From Heptranchias perlo (taxonomy: Eukaryota): a stretch of 64,000 nucleotides of DNA. The stretch is from NCBI RefSeq assembly GCF_035084215.1, contig NC_090340.1, positions 4,216,001-4,280,000 on the forward strand, given 5' to 3'. Below are positions 13,729-26,800 of the stretch, in pieces; position 1 is the first letter of the stretch, and each line of letters starts with the position of its first letter. The notes beneath the pieces were generated by a model. It was not told where the DNA came from and did no database searches. It was given only the letters and a program-made list of their open reading frames with translations. Made by a program: the position numbers and the translations under genes.

Positions 13729-14414
13729 TGTCACAGAGTTCTACCAACTCGTAACCTTCTCCATACGACAAACGATAATCCTTGACCAATTCTTAATTCA
13801 AAACACTTGTCTTTTAATTCAATCAACAAAAACATCAGACTGCAATACCTTTGGCAACGCCTAGTACACTTCCCAGTCCACGGTACCTTTGGCAACGCCT
13901 ATTACGCTTTCCCAATCGCAGGCTTTTTCATCTGTCCGAAGCTGCCTTACAACTGCCCTCAACTGCCTTTTAGCTCATTAGCTTCTTTACAGGTCTCTGA
14001 GCTCAGGCCAGCCCCAGCTGCCTTCCAGCTTAATCTTTAGAGACTCTTTCCGCGACCGATGGGCACCGAAGGGACTGGAGTGCATGCTGGATTGTTATAA
14101 TAAAATTATTATTTGACACTTATATTGGGTTTATTGATTTACTGCACATAAACACACTCTAAAAAAAGAAAAAGAAAACTAGACGAACCTCAAAAAAAAT
14201 CTTTAGATACTCTGTTCAGGGGTGGACCCTTTACTTCTCTCCACATTTCCATTTATTCCCACCTGATTGTGAAGGTCTCCACCGACTCCAGCCTTTATTC
14301 TTACTTAAAGGTGAAGTTTCCTAAAAGTGCCGTACCCCTCCTCTTAAAGGGGAGGTCTCCTTAAAAGGGCCAAAGCCTTATTCAGCGATTAGGGTCATTT
14401 GTTACTCCGCTACA
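13729..14414 (-). repeat. 3' LTR
   Basis: Minus strand TGTAGC...GTGACA termini; collinear with 29045-29600; internal 38-bp 'tacctttggcaacgcc..' repeats. Confidence 0.85.
14048..14197 (+). mobile_element. 5'-truncated L1/Tx1-type LINE 3' end with A-rich tail
   Basis: Absent from the other LTR; flanked by 16-bp TSD aatctttagagactct (14032-14047) / aatctttagatactct (14198-14213); reads FRDRWAPKGLECML, like Tx1 ORF2 C-termini. Confidence 0.75.
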
Positions 14415-14434
14415 AATCCTCCCTCCCGCCCCTC
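14415..14434 (-). promoter_or_regulatory. Polypurine tract
   Basis: Minus strand 'gaggggcgggagggaggatt' immediately before the TG of the 3' LTR. Confidence 0.8.
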
Positions 14435-14898
14435 AGCATAGATCCATTGGCTCTGGTGGCCTGAATGCGAAGCAGTACGCTCTGGAGAGGGCATGGAGTA
14501 TTCTCCAGAGCCTTCCTGGCTCCATGCCCAATAATTGCCGTCTCAATCATTTCAACAAGTTCTAGCCGCTCATTTTCACATGCCGTATGGACAGTCCCTT
14601 TGGCTATTTCAAAGGCCTTTGACGCACCGTCCGAGTTTCCCGTCTTTCCTTTTCATGCAGAATCCAGCACAATTCCTTTCACAAGGGTCCTCACTCCGGA
14701 TTTTCCCAGTGGAAATTTCCTGCTCGTGTCTGTCGTCTTTATTTCTGGTGCAACCATCTGTTTGTGGAAGGACATGATCCCACCTGACGATAACCTCTTC
14801 TTTCCAGCCTTCTTCTCAGTAAAGGAGTATTCTTCATTTTGGCTCTTTCCAAGTTCAATTCATGTGGTCTCTTTTCCAATGCACTTTCGAAAGACTGC

Positions 14899-17800
14899 TG
14901 GCAGGGGTGGGGGGGGGGGCGGAGGGTCCCGGTGGAGAGAAATCTAGAACGCTCAAGAGAAAAAACAAAGAAGTAGTGCCGGAAAGTGATTGGGGTAACG
15001 ATAACCAGATTATGTCACGAAGGGACAGAGGTACAAACAAAAGAGTGCATTAACAAATAGGGTCCGGGTAAGAAAAAATGTAATAAGACAAATAGGGTCA
15101 TAGTACAAAAAACGTTAGGATGTCTAAAAATGTTATAAAAGACAAATCTAATGGCACTGTATCTGAATGCACGGAGCACTCATAGTAAGTTAGAAGAATT
15201 AACAGAGCAAATAGATGTAAACGGATATGATATAATTGCAATTACAGAGACATAGCTGCAGGGTGACCAAGACTGGAGCTGAATGTCCAAGGGTATTCGA
15301 TATTTAGGAAGGACAGGCAAAAAATGAAAAGAGGTGGGGTGGCGTTGTTGGTAAAGGATGAAATCAGAGCAATAGTGAGGAAGGATATTGGCTCAGAAAA
15401 TCAAGATGTAGAATCAGTCTGGGTGGAGGTAAGAAGCACTAAGGGACAGAAAACACTGGTGTGAGTTGTCTATAGGCCTCCAAACAGTAGTGATAGTGTA
15501 GGGGATGGCATCAAACAGGACATTAGAGATGCATGTAACAAGGGTACTACAGCAATCGTGAGTGACTTTGATCTACATGTAGAGTGGCCAAACCAAATCA
15601 GCAAAAATACTGTGGAGGATGAATTCCTGGAGTGTGTACGAGATGTTTTTTTAGACCAGTACGTTGAGGAGCCAACCAGGGAACAGGCTATCCTAGATTG
15701 GGTATTGTGCAATGAGAAAGGGTTAATTAATAATCTTGTTGTGCAGGGTCCTTTCGGGAAGAGTCACCAAAACACGATAGAATTCTTCATTAAGATGGAA
15801 AGTGAAGTAGTCCAATGCGAAACTTGGGTCCTAAATCTAAACAAAGGAAACTACGTAGGTATGAGGAGTGAGTTAGCTATGACAGATTGGAATGCTTCAT
15901 TAAAAGGCATGATGGTGGATAGGCAATGGCTAACGTTTAAGGAACGAATGCATGAATTGTAACAATTATACATTTCTTTCTGGCGCACAAACACAAAAGG
16001 AAAATGGGCCCAACCATTGTTAACAAAATGAATTAGGGGTTATATAAAGTTGCCAGAAAAAGTAGCAAGCCTGAGGATTGGGAGCAGTTGAGAATTCAGC
16101 AAAAAAGGACCAAGCGATTGATTAAGGGGTGAAAAATAGAGCATGAGAGTAAACTTGCAAGGAACATAAAAGTGGGTTGTAAAAGCTTCTACAACTATGT
16201 AAAAAGAAAAGAAAAAGATTAGTGAAGACCAATGTAGATCCCTTACAGTCAGAAACGGGAGAATTTATAATGGGGAACATGGAAATGGCAGAGCAATTAA
16301 ACAAATACTTTGGTTCTGTCTTCACAGAAGAGGACACAAATAACTTCCCAGAAATGCAAGGGAACCAAGGGACTAGTGAGAAGGAGGAATTGAAGGAAAT
16401 TAGTATTAGTAAAAAAATAGTGCTGGCGAAATTAATGGGACTGAAAGCCAATAAATCCCGAGGGCCTGAAAATCTGCATCCCAGAGTACTAAAAGAGGTA
16501 GCCATGGAAATAGTGGAGGCACTGGTTGTCATCTTCCAAAATTCTATAGATTATGGAACAGTTCCTACCGATTGGAGGATGGCAAATGTCAACCCACCTT
16601 TTAAAAATGGAGGGAGAGAGAAAACAGGGAACTACAGACCGCTTAGCCTAACATCAGTAGTAGGGAAAAATGCTGGAGTCTATTATAAAGGATGTGATAA
16701 CAGGACACTTAGAAAATATCAACGGGATTAGACAAAGTCAACATGGATTTATGAAAGGGAATTCATGTTTCACAAACCTACTGGAGTTTTTTGTGGATGT
16801 AACTGGTAGAATAGATATGGGAGAACCAATGGATGTGGTTTATTTGGATTTTCAGAAGGCCTTTGATAAAGTCCCACATAAGAGATTAGTGTGCAAAATT
16901 AAAACACATAGGATTGGTGGTAATATACTGGCATGGATTGAAAATTGGTTAACAGGCAGGAAACAGAGAGGAGGAATAAATGGGTCTTTTTCGGGGTGGC
17001 AGGCAGTGACTAGTGGGTTACCACAGGGATCAGTGCTTGGGCCCCAACTATTCACAATATATATCAATGATTTGGATGAGGGAACCAAATATAACATTTC
17101 CAAGTTCGCTGACGACACAAAACTAGGTGGGACCATGAGTTGTGAGGAAGATGCAATGAGGCTTCAATGCGATTTAGATAAGTTGAGTGAGTGGGCAAAT
17201 ACATGGCAGATGCAGTATAATGTGGATAAATGTGAAGTGATCCACCTTGGAAGGAAACACAGAAAAGCAGCGTATTATTTAAATGTTGATAGATTGGGAA
17301 ATGTTGATGTCCAAAGGGACCTGGGTGTCCTTGTACACCAGTCACTGAAAGCAAGAATGCAGATGCAGCAAGCAGTTAGGAAGGCAAATGGCATGTTGAA
17401 CTTCATTGCTCAAGAATTCGAGGAAAGGAGCAAGGATGTCTTACTGCAGTTATACAGGGCCTTGTTGAGGCCACACCTCGAGTATTGTGTGCAGTTTTTG
17501 TCTCCTTTTCTAAGAAAGGATATACTTGCCATCGAGGAAGTGCAGCGAAGGTTCACCAGACTGATTCCTGGGATGGCAGGAGGAGAGATTGGGTCGACTC
17601 GGCCTGTATTCACTAGAGTTGAGAAGAATGAGAGGGGACCTCATTGAAACATATAAAATTCTGACAGAGCTAGACAGACTGGTTGCAGGGACACAGTCTC
17701 AGGATGGGGGAATATTTAGGACTGAGCTGAGGAGAAATTTCTTCACTCAGAGGGTGATAAACCTGTGGAATTCTCTACCACATGAAGCTGTGGCGGCCAA

Positions 17801-17981
17801 GTCACTGAATATATTTAAGAAGGAGCTAGATAGATTTCTAGACACAGAAGGCATCAAGCTGTATGAGGAGAAAGCGGAAATATGATAGAGGATCAGCCAT
17901 GATCATATTGAATGACGGAACAGGCTCGAAGGGCTGAATGGCCTATTCATGCTCCTATTTTCTATGTTTCTATGTTTCTAT
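14899..17981 (+). mobile_element. 5'-truncated CR1 (near-complete decayed ORF2 plus 3'UTR)
   Basis: APE (YLNARS, AITET) and RT ORFs 16222-16731 and 16670-17647 (DFQKAFD, PQGSVLGP, FADD); tail (tctatgtt)n. Confidence 0.95.
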
Positions 17982-19125
17982 ATCCCACCATAAGCAGGCT
18001 CATCCAATGGAACCACCAAAGATATGCACATGGGCAGGAGTATCCAATTGCTTCCTGGTCTGGAGCAGACTTCTTTTTCTCTTTCCAGTGCTTAACAACC
18101 TCTTTTCCTGTTATATCTTTGGAGATTTTTTCCAACCTTTCCCCATGTATCCCTTTAACATCGTGGTCTGTAGATGTGGAACTCTCGACTGCACACACTG
18201 CACTCGATCCCATTAGATCATGAACAAACCCTAGTGGTAGCCTTGAATTTCTCAGAGATTGGAACTTGTTTCTCGGAGTTTCTCATTAACTGCCCCAGCT
18301 CCTGCTGCTGCTCCCCGGCCACACTTCGCAGGATGACCGTGAGCTGATGGTTTTCATCCTCCATTTTGAAGTAAAAACCCTTCACTCCACTTGATTCCTG
18401 CAGTTTGCGCCTGCCCATCAATTTGGTCCATCTGACCCTTCTGCGGGTATTTCCATTGCTCTTCGTTCCTCTTCCCCCAGAGGAATTCCTCTTCTCCTGG
18501 TCCTTACTTGACCTGTGGAGTGCTGATTTTACTTGGCACCCTTCAATTCACGATTTAATGGGGGCCCAATCCCCATGGTTTGCACTCTTGGGTCAACTAC
18601 TTCAACACCTATTCCCAAAGACTCTAATTTCTCTCCAAGAATTTCTTCGATTTGGTGTTTATCCAACCTTCCTTCAAACTGCTCCACTCTGGAACTCTGC
18701 AGCTTTTGCACATCAAGAGAAGAGCCGTTTTCACTGACCACAAGATGAATGTCTGACAAGCTACCAGCTGTAGTTTCTATGGCAGCCTCCGTAGTGGCAG
18801 CTGCAGTTTCTATCACCGATCCATGTACAATGCTTGCATTAGGCTTAACGGGTTGTACAACCTGAGATACAGCACTGAATTCTGGAATCCCTATCTCCAC
18901 AGGTAATACAAACTCTGCAATGAATTAAGAACATAAGAACATAAGAAATTGGAGCAGGAGTAGGCCAATCGGCCCCTCGAGCCTGCTCCGCCATTCAATA
19001 AGATCATGGCTGATCTGATCCCAACCACAAATCTAAAGAACACAAGAAGTCGGAGCAGGACCCGGCCACATAGCCCCTGGGCCCTCTCCGCCACCCACAG
19101 GGCATTGACCGATCCGAACTCAGCT

Positions 19126-21982
19126 TCATGTCCAATTTCCTGCCCGCTCCCCATAACCCCTAATTCCCTTTACTTCGAGGAAACTGTCTATTTCTGTTTT
19201 AAATTTATCTAATGATGTAGCTTCCACAGCTTCCTGGGGCAGCAAATTCCACAGACCTACCACCCTCTGAGTGAAGAAGTTTCTCCTCATCTCAGTTTTG
19301 AAAGAGCAGCCCCTTATTCTAAGATTATGCCCCCTAGTTCTAGTTTCACCCATCTTTGGGAACATCCTTACTGCATCCACCCGATCAAGACCCTTCACAA
19401 TCTTATATGTTTCAATAAGATCGCCTCTCATTCTTCTGAACTAATATGAGTAGAGTCCCAATCTACTCAACCTCTCCTCATATGTCCGCCCCCTCATCCC
19501 CGGGATTAACCGAGTGAACCTTCTTTGTACTGCCTCGAGAGCAAGTATGTATTTTCTTAAGTATGGAGACCAAAACTGTATGCAGTATTCCAGGTGCGGT
19601 CTCACCAATACCTTATATAACTGCAGCAATACTTCCTTGTTTTTATATTCTATCCCCCTAGCAATAAAAGCCAACATTCCGTTGGCTTTCTTGATCACCT
19701 GCTGCACCTGCATACCAACTTTTTGATTTTCTTGCACTAGGACCCCCAGATCCCTTTGTACTGCAGTACTTTCCAGTCTCTCGCCATTAAGAAAATAACT
19801 TGCTATCTGATTTTTCCTGCCAAAGTGCATAACCTCACATTTTCCAATATTATATTGCATCTGCCAAATCTCCGCCCACTCACCCAGCCTGTCTATATCC
19901 CCTTGCAGGTTTTTTATGTCCTCCTCACTCTCTACTTTCCCTCCCATCTTTGTATCATCTGCAAATTTTGATATGTTGCACTCGGTCCCCTCCTCCAAAT
20001 CGTTGATATAGATTGTAAAGAGTTGGGGACCCAGCACCGACCCCTGTGGAACACCACTGGTTACTGGTTGCCAGTCCGAAAATGAACCATTTATCCTAAC
20101 TCTCTGCTTCCTGTTCGATAACCAATCCTCCACCCATGCCAGAATATTACCCCCAATCCCGTGATTTTTTATCTTAAGTAATAATCTTTTATGTGGCACC
20201 TTGTCGAATGCCTTCTGGAAGTCGAAATACACGACGTCCACTGGTTCCCCTTTATCCACCCTATACGTTATATCCTCGAAGAACTCAAGCAAATTTGTCA
20301 GACATGACTTCCCCTTCATAAAGCCATGCTGACTTTGTCCTATTAAATTATGCTTATCTAAATGTTCCGTTACTGTCTCCTTAATAATAGACTCCAAAAT
20401 TTTACCCACCACAGATGTTAAGCTAACTGGCCTATAATTTCCAGCCTTCTGCCTACTACCCTTTTTAAATAACGGTGTTACATTAGCAGTTTTCCAATCT
20501 GCCGGGACCTCTCCTGAGTCCAGGGAATTTTGGAAAACTATCACCAAAGCATCCACAATCCCTACTGCCACTTCCCTCAAGACCCTAGGATGGAAGCCAT
20601 CAGGTCCAGGGGATTTATCCGCCTTGAGTCCCATTATTTTACTGAGTACCATCTCTTGAGTGATTTTAATCGTATTTAGCTCCTCCCCCCCGAGAGTCCC
20701 CTGTTTGTCCAGTGTTGGGATATTCTTAGTGTCCTCTACTGTAAAGACTGAAACAAAATATTTGTTCAGCATTTTTGCCATCTCCATGTTTCCCACCATT
20801 AATTTCCTGGTCTCATCCTCTAAGGGACCTATGTTTGCCTTAGCCACCCTTTTTCTTTTTATATAACTATAGAAACTCTTGCTATCTGTTTTTATATTTT
20901 TTGCTAATTTCTTTTCATAATCTAACTTCCCTTTCTTAATCAATCCTTTAGTTACTTTTTGCTGCCTTTTGAAGAATTCCCAATCTTCTATCCTCCCACT
21001 AAGTTTGGCTACCTTATATGTCCTTGTTTTTAGTCGGATACTATCCTTGATTTCTTTACTTAGCCACGGGTGGCTGTCATTTCTTTTACACCCTTTTTTC
21101 CTCAGTGGAATATATTTATTTTGAAAGTTGTAAAATAACTCCCTAAATGAACACCACTGCTCATGTACCGTCTTACCCTTTAATCTATTTTCCCAGTCCA
21201 CTTTAATCAATTCCGCTCTCATACCATCATAGTCTCCTTTATTCAAGCTCAGTACGCTTGTTTGAGAATCAACCTTCTCACCCTCTAATTGGATATGGAA
21301 TTCAACCATGTTTTGGTCGCTCGTTCCAAGGGGATCCTTAACTAGGACATTATTAATTAATCCTGACTCATTACACAGGACCAGGTCCAAGGTTGCCTGC
21401 CCCCTTGTAGGATCAGTTACATACTGCTCAAGAAATCCATCCCTGATGCACTCAATGAACTCGTCCTCAAGGCTGCTCTGCCCAATGTGATTTGTCCAGT
21501 TAATATCATAATTAAAATCCCCCATAATTATGGCTGTTCCCTTATTACATGCCCCGACTATCTCCTGATTAATACTTCTTCCAGCAGAGTTGCAACTATT
21601 AGGAGGCCTATATACTACGCCCACTAATGTTTTTTTTTTCCCTTATTATTCCTTATCTCCACCCAAACTGTTTCATTATCTTGATGCTTTGTCCCAATAT
21701 CATTTCTCTGTATTACAGTGATTCCTTCCTTTATTAACATAGCCACCCACCTCCCCTTCCTTCCTGCCTGTCCTTCCTGATTGTTAAATACCCTGGCATA
21801 TTTAATTCCCAGTCGTTGTCACCCTGCAGCCATGTTTCTGTAATGGCCACAAGATCATACCCATACGTAGTTATTTGTGCCGTTAACTCGTCCATTTTAT
21901 TACGAATGCTACGTGCATTCAGATAAAGAACTTTCAAATCTGTTTTGTGACGCTTAGTTCCTGCTTTTTCCTTTTTTAACAC
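19126..21982 (-). pseudogene. CR1 ORF2 (AP endonuclease + reverse transcriptase), frameshifted
   Basis: Pieces 21734-21982 (YLNARSIRNK, AITETW), 19441-21624 (727 aa; GDFN, SDQ, YRPVSLTS, GVPQGS, FADD) and 19126-19431; shifts near 21745, 21635 and 19445. Confidence 0.95.
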
Positions 21983-22065
21983 TTTACCTATTACTCCATA
22001 CCTTCTGTCCCTTCCTGTTACGCTTTCCTCTCTCTCCCTGCTCAGGTTCCCAACCCCCTGCCACT

Positions 22066-23016
22066 TTAGTTTAAACCCTCCCCAACAGCACTAGCAAACA
22101 CTCCTCCTAGGACAGCGGTCCCGGCCCTGCCCAGGTGCAGACCGTCCGGTTTGTACTGGTCCCACCTCCCCCAGAACCGTTTCCAGTGTCCCAGGAATTT
22201 GAATCCCTCCCCCTTGCACCATTCCTCTAGCCACGTATTCATTTGAAATATCCTCCTATTTCTACTCTGACTAGCACGTGGCACTGGCAGCAATCCTGAG
22301 ATTACTACCTTTGAGGTCCTATTTTTTAATTTACCTCCTAACTCCCTATATTCTGCTTTTAGGACCTCATCCCCTTTTTTACCTATATCGTTGGTGCCTA
22401 TGTGCACCACGACAGCTGGCTGTTCGCCCTCCCCCTCCAAAATGTTCTGTAGCCGCTCCGAGACATCCTTGATCCTTGCACCAGAGAGGCAACACACCAT
22501 CCTGGAGTCTCGGTTGCGGCCGCAGAAACGCCTGTCTATTCCCCTTACAATTGAGTCCCCTATCACTATAGCTCTGCCACTCTTTTTCCTCCCAGCCTGT
22601 GCAGCAGAGCTACCCGTGGTGCCAGGAAGTTGGCTGCTGCTGCCTTCCCCTGATAAGTCATCCCCCCCAACAGCATCCAAAGTGGCATATCTGTTTGAGA
22701 GGGGGATGGACACAGGGGACCCCTGCACTACCTGCCTGCATCTCTTACTCTTCCTGGTGGTCACCCATTCACTTCCTGCCTGTATACCCTTTACCTGCGG
22801 TGTGACCAACTCGCTAAACGTGCTATCCACGAGTTTCTCTGCATCGCGGATGCTCCACAGTGAGTCCACCCGCAGCTCCAGCTCCGAGATACGATCGGTC
22901 AGTAGCTGCAGGTGGACACACTTCCCGCACACATGGTCGGCAGGGACACTGGTCGTGTCCATGACTTCCCACATCTTGCAGGAGGAGCATATCACGGGTG
23001 CGAGGTCTGCTGCCAT
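22066..23016 (-). CDS. CR1 ORF1 protein (Cys-rich zinc finger/leucine zipper + SGNH esterase-like domain)
   Basis: Intact 316 aa: CSSC...CGKC, heptad LLTDRISELELRVDSL, GDSIVRG, HIGTND, DGLH. Confidence 0.92.
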   Translation of the reverse strand: MAADLAPVICSSCKMWEVMDTTSVPADHVCGKCVHLQLLTDRISELELRVDSLWSIRDAEKLVDSTFSELVTPQVKGIQAGSEWVTTRKSKRCRQVVQGSPVSIPLSNRYATLDAVGGDDLSGEGSSSQLPGTTGSSAAQAGRKKSGRAIVIGDSIVRGIDRRFCGRNRDSRMVCCLSGARIKDVSERLQNILEGEGEQPAVVVHIGTNDIGKKGDEVLKAEYRELGGKLKNRTSKVVISGLLPVPRASQSRNRRIFQMNTWLEEWCKGEGFKFLGHWKRFWGRWDQYKPDGLHLGRAGTAVLGGVFASAVGEGLN

Positions 23017-23285
23017 GACTTGCCTTAGCTGAGTTACCCCTTTTAAATTACTTTGAAATTAGAAAATGTTAACTATACTAGGGACCTAGGTTCACTAAAA
23101 AAAAACACTATCTGCTATAAAACCTGCAGATCTTCCCTTTCTTATTACTTTACTTACAGTAAAATGGTAGAAATACTCACCTGAACCTACTCACCAATCA
23201 GCTGCCTCCCCTGTGCCGCGTTACTTTCTGACTGGTGACGTCACCCCGAACTGCTGCTGGTCTCAGAGTCTCGCTCTCAGAGTAA

Positions 23286-23680
23286 GCTCTGGTCTCACTC
23301 TCTCCGCGCTGTGTATATCCCCGCTCTGGTCTCACTCTCTCCCGCCGCTCACCGACTGAACTCTCACTCTCTCCGCGCTGTTTATATCCCCGCTCTGGTC
23401 TCACTCTCTCCGCGCTGTGTATATCCCCGCTCTGGTCTCGCTCTCTCCGCGCTGTGTATATCCCCGCTCTGGTCTCACTCTCTCCGCGCTGTTTATATCC
23501 CCGCTCTGGTCTCGCTCTCTCCGCGCTGTTTATATCTCCGCTCTGGTCTCGCTCTCTCCGCGCTGTTTATATCTCCGCTCTGGTCTCGCTCTCTCCGCGC
23601 TGTTTATATCTCCGCTCTGGTCTCGCTCTCTCCGCGCTGTTTATATCTCCGCTCTGGTCTCGCTCTCTCCCGCCGCTCAC
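23286..23680 (-). repeat. 37-bp tandem monomers in CR1 5'UTR
   Basis: About 10 copies of 'cggagatataaacagcgcggagagagcgagaccagag' (element sense). Confidence 0.9.
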
Positions 23681-23854
23681 CTCTCTCAGGTCCACTACCG
23701 CTCTGCAAGAAAAGCAAGGCAAAGCAGCACCTCCTTCCCCCACTTCACCTAACTCCCACACGTACCGAACTCTCAGCACACTGTGTAATATCCGCACACC
23801 GTGCAGTCCGCACTGACAGGCCCCTGTATTTCTACAGTTGAGACTCAGATTAAT

Positions 23855-26800
23855 GGAGAATATAAATTCAGTTAATTAAAATAAAATCTGGAATGAAAAG
23901 CTAGTATCAGTAATGGTGACCATGAAACTACCGGATTGTTGTAAAAACCCATCTGGTTCCCTAATGTTCTTTATTGAAGGAAACCTGCCGTCCTTGCCCA
24001 GTCTGGCCTATATGTGACACCAGTCACACAGCAAAGTGATTTTATTCTTAACTGCCTTCTGAAATGGCCTAGCAAGCTACACTGTTGTACACCCCTGCTA
24101 CAGATAGACATAATAAGAATAAACCAAACGGAACATCTTGCATCGGACCACTAAGCACCGGACAGGTAAAGGGCAAACCAAGCCCAGTCGTCACTGCAAT
24201 ATCCTCCTCATTAACATCTGGGGACTTGCGCCAAAATTGGGAGAGCTGTCCCACAAAATAGTCAAGTAACAGCCTGACGTAGCCATACTCACAGAACCAT
24301 AACTTTCAGCCAAAGTCCCAGACTCCTCCATCACCATCGCTGGGTATGTCCTCACGCAGCGGCAGGACAGACCCACCAGAGGAGGTGACACAGTGGTATA
24401 CAGTCAGGAGGGAGTGGTCCTGAGAGTCCACAGCATGGAGTCAGTACCCCATGAAGTCTCAAGGCATCAGGTCAAACATGGGCTAGGAAACCTCGTGCAC
24501 ATCACCACCGACCAACCTCCCTCAGCTGATGAATCAGTCCTCTTCCATGTTGAGCACCACTTGGAGAAAGCACTGTGGGTAACAAGGGCACAGAATGTAT
24601 TCTAGGTGGGGGAATTCAATATCCATCACCAAGAGTGGCTCGGCAGCACTGCCACTGACCGAGCTATCAGAGTCCTGAAGGACGTAACTGCCAGACTGGG
24701 CCTACGGCAGGTGGTGAGAGAAACAACATGAGGGAAAAACCTACTTGACCTCGTCCTCAACAATCTACCTGTCGCATATGCATTATTCCATGATATTATT
24801 GGTAGGATAGACCAACGTACAGTCCTTGTAGAGACGAAGTCCCGTCTTCACACTGAGGACACAATCCATCGTGTTGTGTGGCACGACGACCGTGCTGAAT
24901 GGGATAGATTAAAAACGGATTTAGCAGCTCAAAACTGGTCATTCTTGTTGCCCATCAGAAGCAGCAAAATCGTATTCCACCACAATCTTTAACCTCATGG
25001 TAGGGCATATACCACACTCTACCATTACCAGTAAGCCAGGGGATCCACACTCGTTCAATGAGCAGTGCAGACGAGCATGCCAGGAGCAGCACCAGGCAAA
25101 CCAAAGAATGAGATACCAACCTGGTGAAACTACAACACAGGACTACATGCATGCTAAACAGCAGAAGCAGCATGCTGGAGACAGAGCTAAGCGATCCCAC
25201 AATCAATGCATCAGATCAAAGCTCTGTAGTCCTGCCACATCCAGTCGTGAATAGTAGTTGACAATTAAGCAACGAATGGGAGGAGGAGGCTAGTGAGTAT
25301 GCCCATCCTCAATAATGGCAGATCTCAGCATATGAATGCAAAAGGCAAGCCTGAAGCGTTTGCAACCTCTTCAGAAAAAAGTGCCAAGTGGATGATCCAT
25401 CTTGGCCTCCTCCCGAGATCCCCACCATCACAGAATCCAGTCTTCAGCCAATTCGATTAATTCCACGTGATATCAAGAAACGGCTGAGTGCACAGGACAC
25501 AGCAAAGGCTATGGGCCCCAGAAACATCCCGGCTGTAGTGCTGAAGACTTGTGCTCCAGAATTAGCCGCACCTTTAGCCAAGCTGTTCCAGTACAGCTAC
25601 AACATTGGCATCTACCCAACAAAGTGTAAAACTGCCCAAGTATGTCCTGTCCACAAAAAGCAGGGCAAATCCAATCCGACCAATTACCGTCCCATTAGTC
25701 TACTCTCAATCATCAACAAAGTGAAGGAATGTCTCGTCGACAGTGCTATCAAGCGGCACCGAATCACCAATAACCTGCTCACCGATGCTCGTTTGGGTTC
25801 CGCCAGGACCACTCAGTTCCAGACCTCATTACAGCTTTGCCCCAAACATGGACAAAAGAGCTGAATTTCAGAGGTGAAGTGAGAGTTTCTTCCCTTGACA
25901 TCAAGGCAGCATTTGACTGAGTGTGGTATCAAGGAACCCAGTAAAATTGAAGTCAATAGGTATCAGGGGGAAAACTCTCCATTGGCTGGAGTGATACCTA
26001 GCACGAATGAAAATGGTAGTGTTTGTTGGAAGCCAATCATCTCAACCTCAGCACATTGATGCAGGAGTTCCTCAGGGCAGTGTCCTAGGCCCAACCATCT
26101 TCAGATGCTTCATCGATGAACTGCCCTTCAACCTAAGGTCAGAAATGGGGATGTTTGCTGATGATTGCACAACGTGCAGTTCCATTCGCAACCCCTCAGA
26201 TAATGAAGCAGTCTGTGCCTGCAAGCAGCAAGGCCTGGACGACATTCAGGTTTGGACAGATTTGTGAAGCAAATGTTATTTGGCACTTAAGTGTCAGACA
26301 AAGACCATCTTCAATAAGACAGAGTCTAACCACCTCCCCATGACATTCAGCATCATTACCATCGCCGATTCGCCCACCATCAACATCCTTGGGATTACCA
26401 TTGACCAGAAACTTAACTGGACCAGTATAGTGGCTAGAAGAGCAGGTCAGAGGCTGAGTATTCTGTGGCGAGTGACTCACCTCTTGACTCCCAAAGCCTT
26501 TCCACCATCTACAAGGCACAAATCAGGAATGTGATGGAACACTCTCCAATTGCCTGGATGAGTGCAGCTCCAACAATACTCAAGAAGCTCAGCACCATCC
26601 AGGATAAAGCTTAATTGACACCCCATCAACCACTTAAACATTCACTCACTCCACCACCGGTGCACCATCAACATGATGTACTGCAGCAACTCGTCAAGGC
26701 TTCTTCGTGAGCACCTCCCAAACCCACGACCTCTACCATCTAGAAGGACAAGGGCAGTAGGCACATGGGAATAACACGACTTGCACGTTCCCTTCTAAGT

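Larger units (their letters stand above)
18927..23840 (-). mobile_element. Near full-length young CR1 LINE
   Basis: 5'UTR repeats, intact ORF1, ORF2 with three frameshifts, 3' (ttcttatg)n tail; 5' boundary approximate. Confidence 0.95.

Noticed and set aside
18218-18421. Faint resemblance of EDENHQLTVILRSVAGEQQQELGQL to the DNAJC9 C-terminal helix
   Set aside because: Too few identities to distinguish from generic helical composition
22391-23841. Plus-strand ORFs of 213, 176, 120 and 111 aa
   Set aside because: Antisense shadow of CR1 ORF1 and translations of the stop-free 37-bp repeat
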